The notes beneath the pieces are model-generated. The model was not told the origin of the DNA. It did no database searches and was given only the letters and a program-made list of their open reading frames with translations. Of a stretch of 64,000 bases of DNA, positions 61,265 to 64,000 are shown one piece after another; the first letter of the stretch is position 1; each line of letters opens with the position of its first letter. The stretch is from assembly GCA_977020255.1 (NCBI GenBank), contig CDROCS010000253.1, forward strand, positions 2,356,001 through 2,420,000, written 5' to 3'. Both the position numbers and the translations under genes were made by a program. This DNA comes from Obrimoposthia wandeli. Its lineage: Eukaryota.

Positions 61265-61495
61265 TATACCCGTTCCACTTGAAGATGTATGATTCAGCTG
61301 GAATTAGAAACGCCTTTAGGCAAGGCTGAGCAAATCATACTCTGCGTTACATTTTTTTTTAAGGGCGCTACATGGATGTAGCTTTTTAGAGAATGCAGGA
61401 GCATATTCTCCTGAATGACCCTTAATAAAAAATGCGCATTGATTATGAATCGCTCAGACTTCCTGAAACGAGCATCTTCAAGTGGAGCGGGTATA
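61265..61495. repeat. ERIC-like MITE (231 bp)
   Basis: TATACCCGTTCCACTTGAAGATG ... CATCTTCAAGTGGAGCGGGTATA termini; internal palindromes gctacatggatgtagc and caggag..ctcctg. Confidence 0.8.
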
Positions 61496-61539
61496 CGTTA
61501 TAGGCGACTTAAAAGTAAGTTATGTGAGAGGCGAGTAAT

Positions 61540-62034
61540 ATGTCAAATGTAAGACGAAGTGCAAGTGATAAGGTTGAAACTAATGATGAGGTACTGCAAT
61601 GGGTTACCTTTAAGTTAGAAAATGAAACTTATGGTATTAATGTTATGCAGGTACAAGAGGTTTTACGTTATAGTGAAATAGCTCCAGTCCCCGGCGCACC
61701 ACTTTATGTGCTTGGTATCATTAATTTACGTGGTAATGTGGTAACCGTTATTGATACCCGATCTCGGTTTGGCCTAGAGCCCTGTGATATTACCGATAAT
61801 ACCCGTGTTGTTGTTATAGAGTCAGAAAAGCAAGTTATAGGTATTCTGGTTGATAGTGTTGCCGAGGTTGTCTACTTAAAGTCATCAGAAATTGATGTAG
61901 CACCAAATGTTGGTAATGAAGAAAGCGCTCAATTTATCCAAGGGGTGTCTAATCGTGATGGCGAATTGCTTATTTTAGTCGACTTAGATAAGTTACTTTC
62001 TGATGATGAGTGGGATGAGCTTAAAGAATTCTAA
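61540..62034 (+). CDS. cheW: Chemotaxis coupling protein CheW
   Basis: 'LQWVTFKLENETYGINVMQVQEV', 'GIINLRGNVVTVID'. Confidence 0.96.
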   Translation: MSNVRRSASDKVETNDEVLQWVTFKLENETYGINVMQVQEVLRYSEIAPVPGAPLYVLGIINLRGNVVTVIDTRSRFGLEPCDITDNTRVVVIESEKQVIGILVDSVAEVVYLKSSEIDVAPNVGNEESAQFIQGVSNRDGELLILVDLDKLLSDDEWDELKEF

Positions 62035-62073
62035 TTTTACCATTACTTCAGCGCTGTAATTATTTGTCAGAAG

Positions 62074-62097
62074 AAAGTCTGTATTAGCAGACTTTTG
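62074..62097 (+). terminator. Possible terminator after cheW
   Basis: aaagtctg / cagacttt stem followed by T-rich tail. Confidence 0.45.
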
Positions 62098-62150
62098 TAT
62101 TTTATAGTTATGTAGTTTTCGTTTAGTTTTATTCAAGGCAAAAGTTCTTA

Positions 62151-62621
62151 ATGTCATTATTAGCCGTACCAATTATTGCAGTGCTAGCCCTGTTTCTGGT
62201 GTTACTCACCAGTACCTTTATATTTGTTTATTTTACTAAACTCAAAAGTAAAGTGGTAATGCTGAATAGTCAAATGCAAAGTACATGTTTACTGGTTAAT
62301 GAATTACAAATATTAAATAGCAAGTTACAGCAAGAGTTTGATGCTATGGCAGTAAGTAATGAGCAGCTTGCCGCTGAAAATGAACAAGTCTCAAAACAGT
62401 TAGAGCATCGAATTAAAAGCTTACAAGACCAAGCTTTCGAGCAACAACAGCTATTAACACAGTGGCAAGAAAGCCAAGGACAGGATAAATTTTATAATCG
62501 AGCCTTTAAATTAGCTGCAAAGGGAGCTGATATTGAAGAGATTATAAGTGAATGTGAACTACCGCGAGCAGAAGTGGAAATGCTACTTTCAGTCTACCGA
62601 CAACGTGCCCGCTCCCAGTAA
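62151..62621 (+). CDS. DUF2802-like membrane-anchored protein
   Basis: N-terminal transmembrane segment, coiled coil, C-terminal 'YNRAFKLAAKGADIEEIISECELPRAEVEML'; usual position after cheW. Confidence 0.8.
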   Translation: MSLLAVPIIAVLALFLVLLTSTFIFVYFTKLKSKVVMLNSQMQSTCLLVNELQILNSKLQQEFDAMAVSNEQLAAENEQVSKQLEHRIKSLQDQAFEQQQLLTQWQESQGQDKFYNRAFKLAAKGADIEEIISECELPRAEVEMLLSVYRQRARSQ

Positions 62622-62757
62622 AATTTGTACTCTCCATTATTTACTGTAATAAATATTGTAAAACTGTACTCAAACGTTATTCACTCAACTGTGCATTTTA
62701 TGTTAAAGTGCTCTCGTTTTTAATACGCCTTCATGTAACGGCAAGGATCTAAGCCCA

Positions 62758-63558
62758 GTGAGTTCAGCTACAATGCTATATTTTCGACTTCTTATATTAG
62801 TTTTTATTCTCATTCTCTCGGGGTGTTCAACGACGCCGGAACAAAAAATTCAAGAAGAGGTGGCTGAATCTACTAATTTTAGTGACCCAAGAGATCCCTT
62901 TGAAGTTATAAATAGGCCATTTTGGACGTTTACTTGGGATTACGTAGATAAATATATTGCTAAACCTGCCTCAGAAGTTTATACCACTTACACGCCACCG
63001 TTTTTGCGTACTGGTTTATATAATATGGCATTAAATTTAAATGAACCTGCGAGTATTATTAATAACGTACTCCAGCTAAAGTTTACAGCCGCGGCAAAAA
63101 ATACCGGTAGATTTGTACTTAACTCCACTATTGGTTTATTTGGATTTTATGATCCCGCCAGTGATTTTGAATGGTCTGGTGAACAAGAAGAATTTGGTGA
63201 GGTATTAGGTACGTATGGCATTGGCGATGGACCCTATTTAGTTGTTCCAGGATTGGGACCAAGTTCTGTTCGTGAAGAGGTTGGTGATTACGTTGATGGT
63301 CTTTATTGGCCTTTAGCTATCATTGACTTTTGGCCTAACATCGCTCGTTTAGGGATATTAGCATTAGAGAAAAGATCTGCAGTACGAGATCAGGAGCAAT
63401 TAGTGGTCGAGTCTGAGGACCCGTATGAATTTATTAAAAATGCATACTTTCAAAACATGAACTATAGACTCTATGATGGTAATCCACCGATCATAATTAA
63501 CGAAGCTGAAGAAGCAGAAATAGATGCTTTGCTCGATGATTTTGATGATATAGACTAA
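62758..63558 (+). CDS. mlaA: MlaA/VacJ lipoprotein
   Basis: Lipobox LSGC, 'DPFEVINR', 'RFVLNSTIGLFG', 'GDGPYLVVPGLGPSSVR'. Confidence 0.93.
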   Translation: MSSATMLYFRLLILVFILILSGCSTTPEQKIQEEVAESTNFSDPRDPFEVINRPFWTFTWDYVDKYIAKPASEVYTTYTPPFLRTGLYNMALNLNEPASIINNVLQLKFTAAAKNTGRFVLNSTIGLFGFYDPASDFEWSGEQEEFGEVLGTYGIGDGPYLVVPGLGPSSVREEVGDYVDGLYWPLAIIDFWPNIARLGILALEKRSAVRDQEQLVVESEDPYEFIKNAYFQNMNYRLYDGNPPIIINEAEEAEIDALLDDFDDID

Positions 63559-63619
63559 TTTTAGAATAAACGAGTACCTATGCCGATAACTATTTGTTAG
63601 AATTGCGGCAATTTTTATA

Positions 63620-63932
63620 TATAGCCATTCTACTTGAAGATGCAGGATTCAGCTGGAATTATAAACGCCTTTAGGAAAGGCATTGATTGAAGAGAATAGT
63701 TATTCTATTGTCTAAATCAATAACGTAGCATAAAGCGTTTATAAACCAGCCCTTTGGGGAAAACTGAGCAAGCCATACCCGTGGTTACATTTGTTTTTAA
63801 GATCGCTACATGGATGTAGTTTATTAGAGAATGCAGGAGCGTATTCTCCTGAATAACCCTTAACAAAAAATGTGCCTTGATTATGATTCGCCAGATTTCC
63901 TGAAACAAGCATCTTCAGATGGAGTGGGTATA
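63620..63932. repeat. ERIC-like MITE (313 bp) with an extra internal segment
   Basis: TATAGCCATTCTACTTGAAGATGC ... GCATCTTCAGATGGAGTGGGTATA; internal part homologous to 61265-61495. Confidence 0.8.
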
Positions 63933-63953
63933 CACCCTAATTGGAATTATTAA

Positions 63954-64000
63954 ATGAATATTATTGAAGGTTCGTTTGAAGCAAAAGGCAAGAAGTTTGC
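63954..64000 (+). CDS. ribH: 5' end of probable lumazine synthase RibH (truncated by the window edge)
   Basis: MNIIEGSFEAKGKKF resembles RibH N-termini; only 15 codons visible. Confidence 0.45.
   Translation, partial: MNIIEGSFEAKGKKF

Noticed and set aside
63717-63908. 63-aa ORF on the plus strand
   Set aside because: Lies entirely within the 313-bp ERIC-like element; likely a spurious reading frame

Overview
This window holds an almost complete polar flagellar and chemotaxis supercluster from an AT-rich marine gammaproteobacterium. Gene order and protein style suggest Colwelliaceae (inference). The order is flgT-flgOP-flgNMA-cheVR-flgBCDEFGHIJKL-flagellins-flaG-fliD, then flrABC-fliEFGHIJKLMNOPQR-flhBAFG-fliA-cheYZAB-motCD-parA-parP-cheW-DUF2802, followed by mlaA and the start of a probable ribH. 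The main accessory feature is a minus-strand block between fliD and flrA. It carries a third flagellin whose variable region is replaced by a gluzincin-like zinc metallopeptidase domain (HEMTH...EGTAE, i.e. a flagellinolysin-type proteolytic flagellin with its own sigma28 promoter), an unknown 94-aa acidic protein preceded by a putative FlrA box and sigma54 promoter, and inverted fliS and fliT-like genes. The two canonical flagellins share a 498-bp identical tract in their variable domain, have different promoter classes (sigma54 vs sigma28), and are separated by a REP-associated tyrosine transposase flanked by GTAG-type REPs. Several MITE/ERIC-like elements sit in intergenic gaps. All assignments come from reading motifs by eye; no database search was run.
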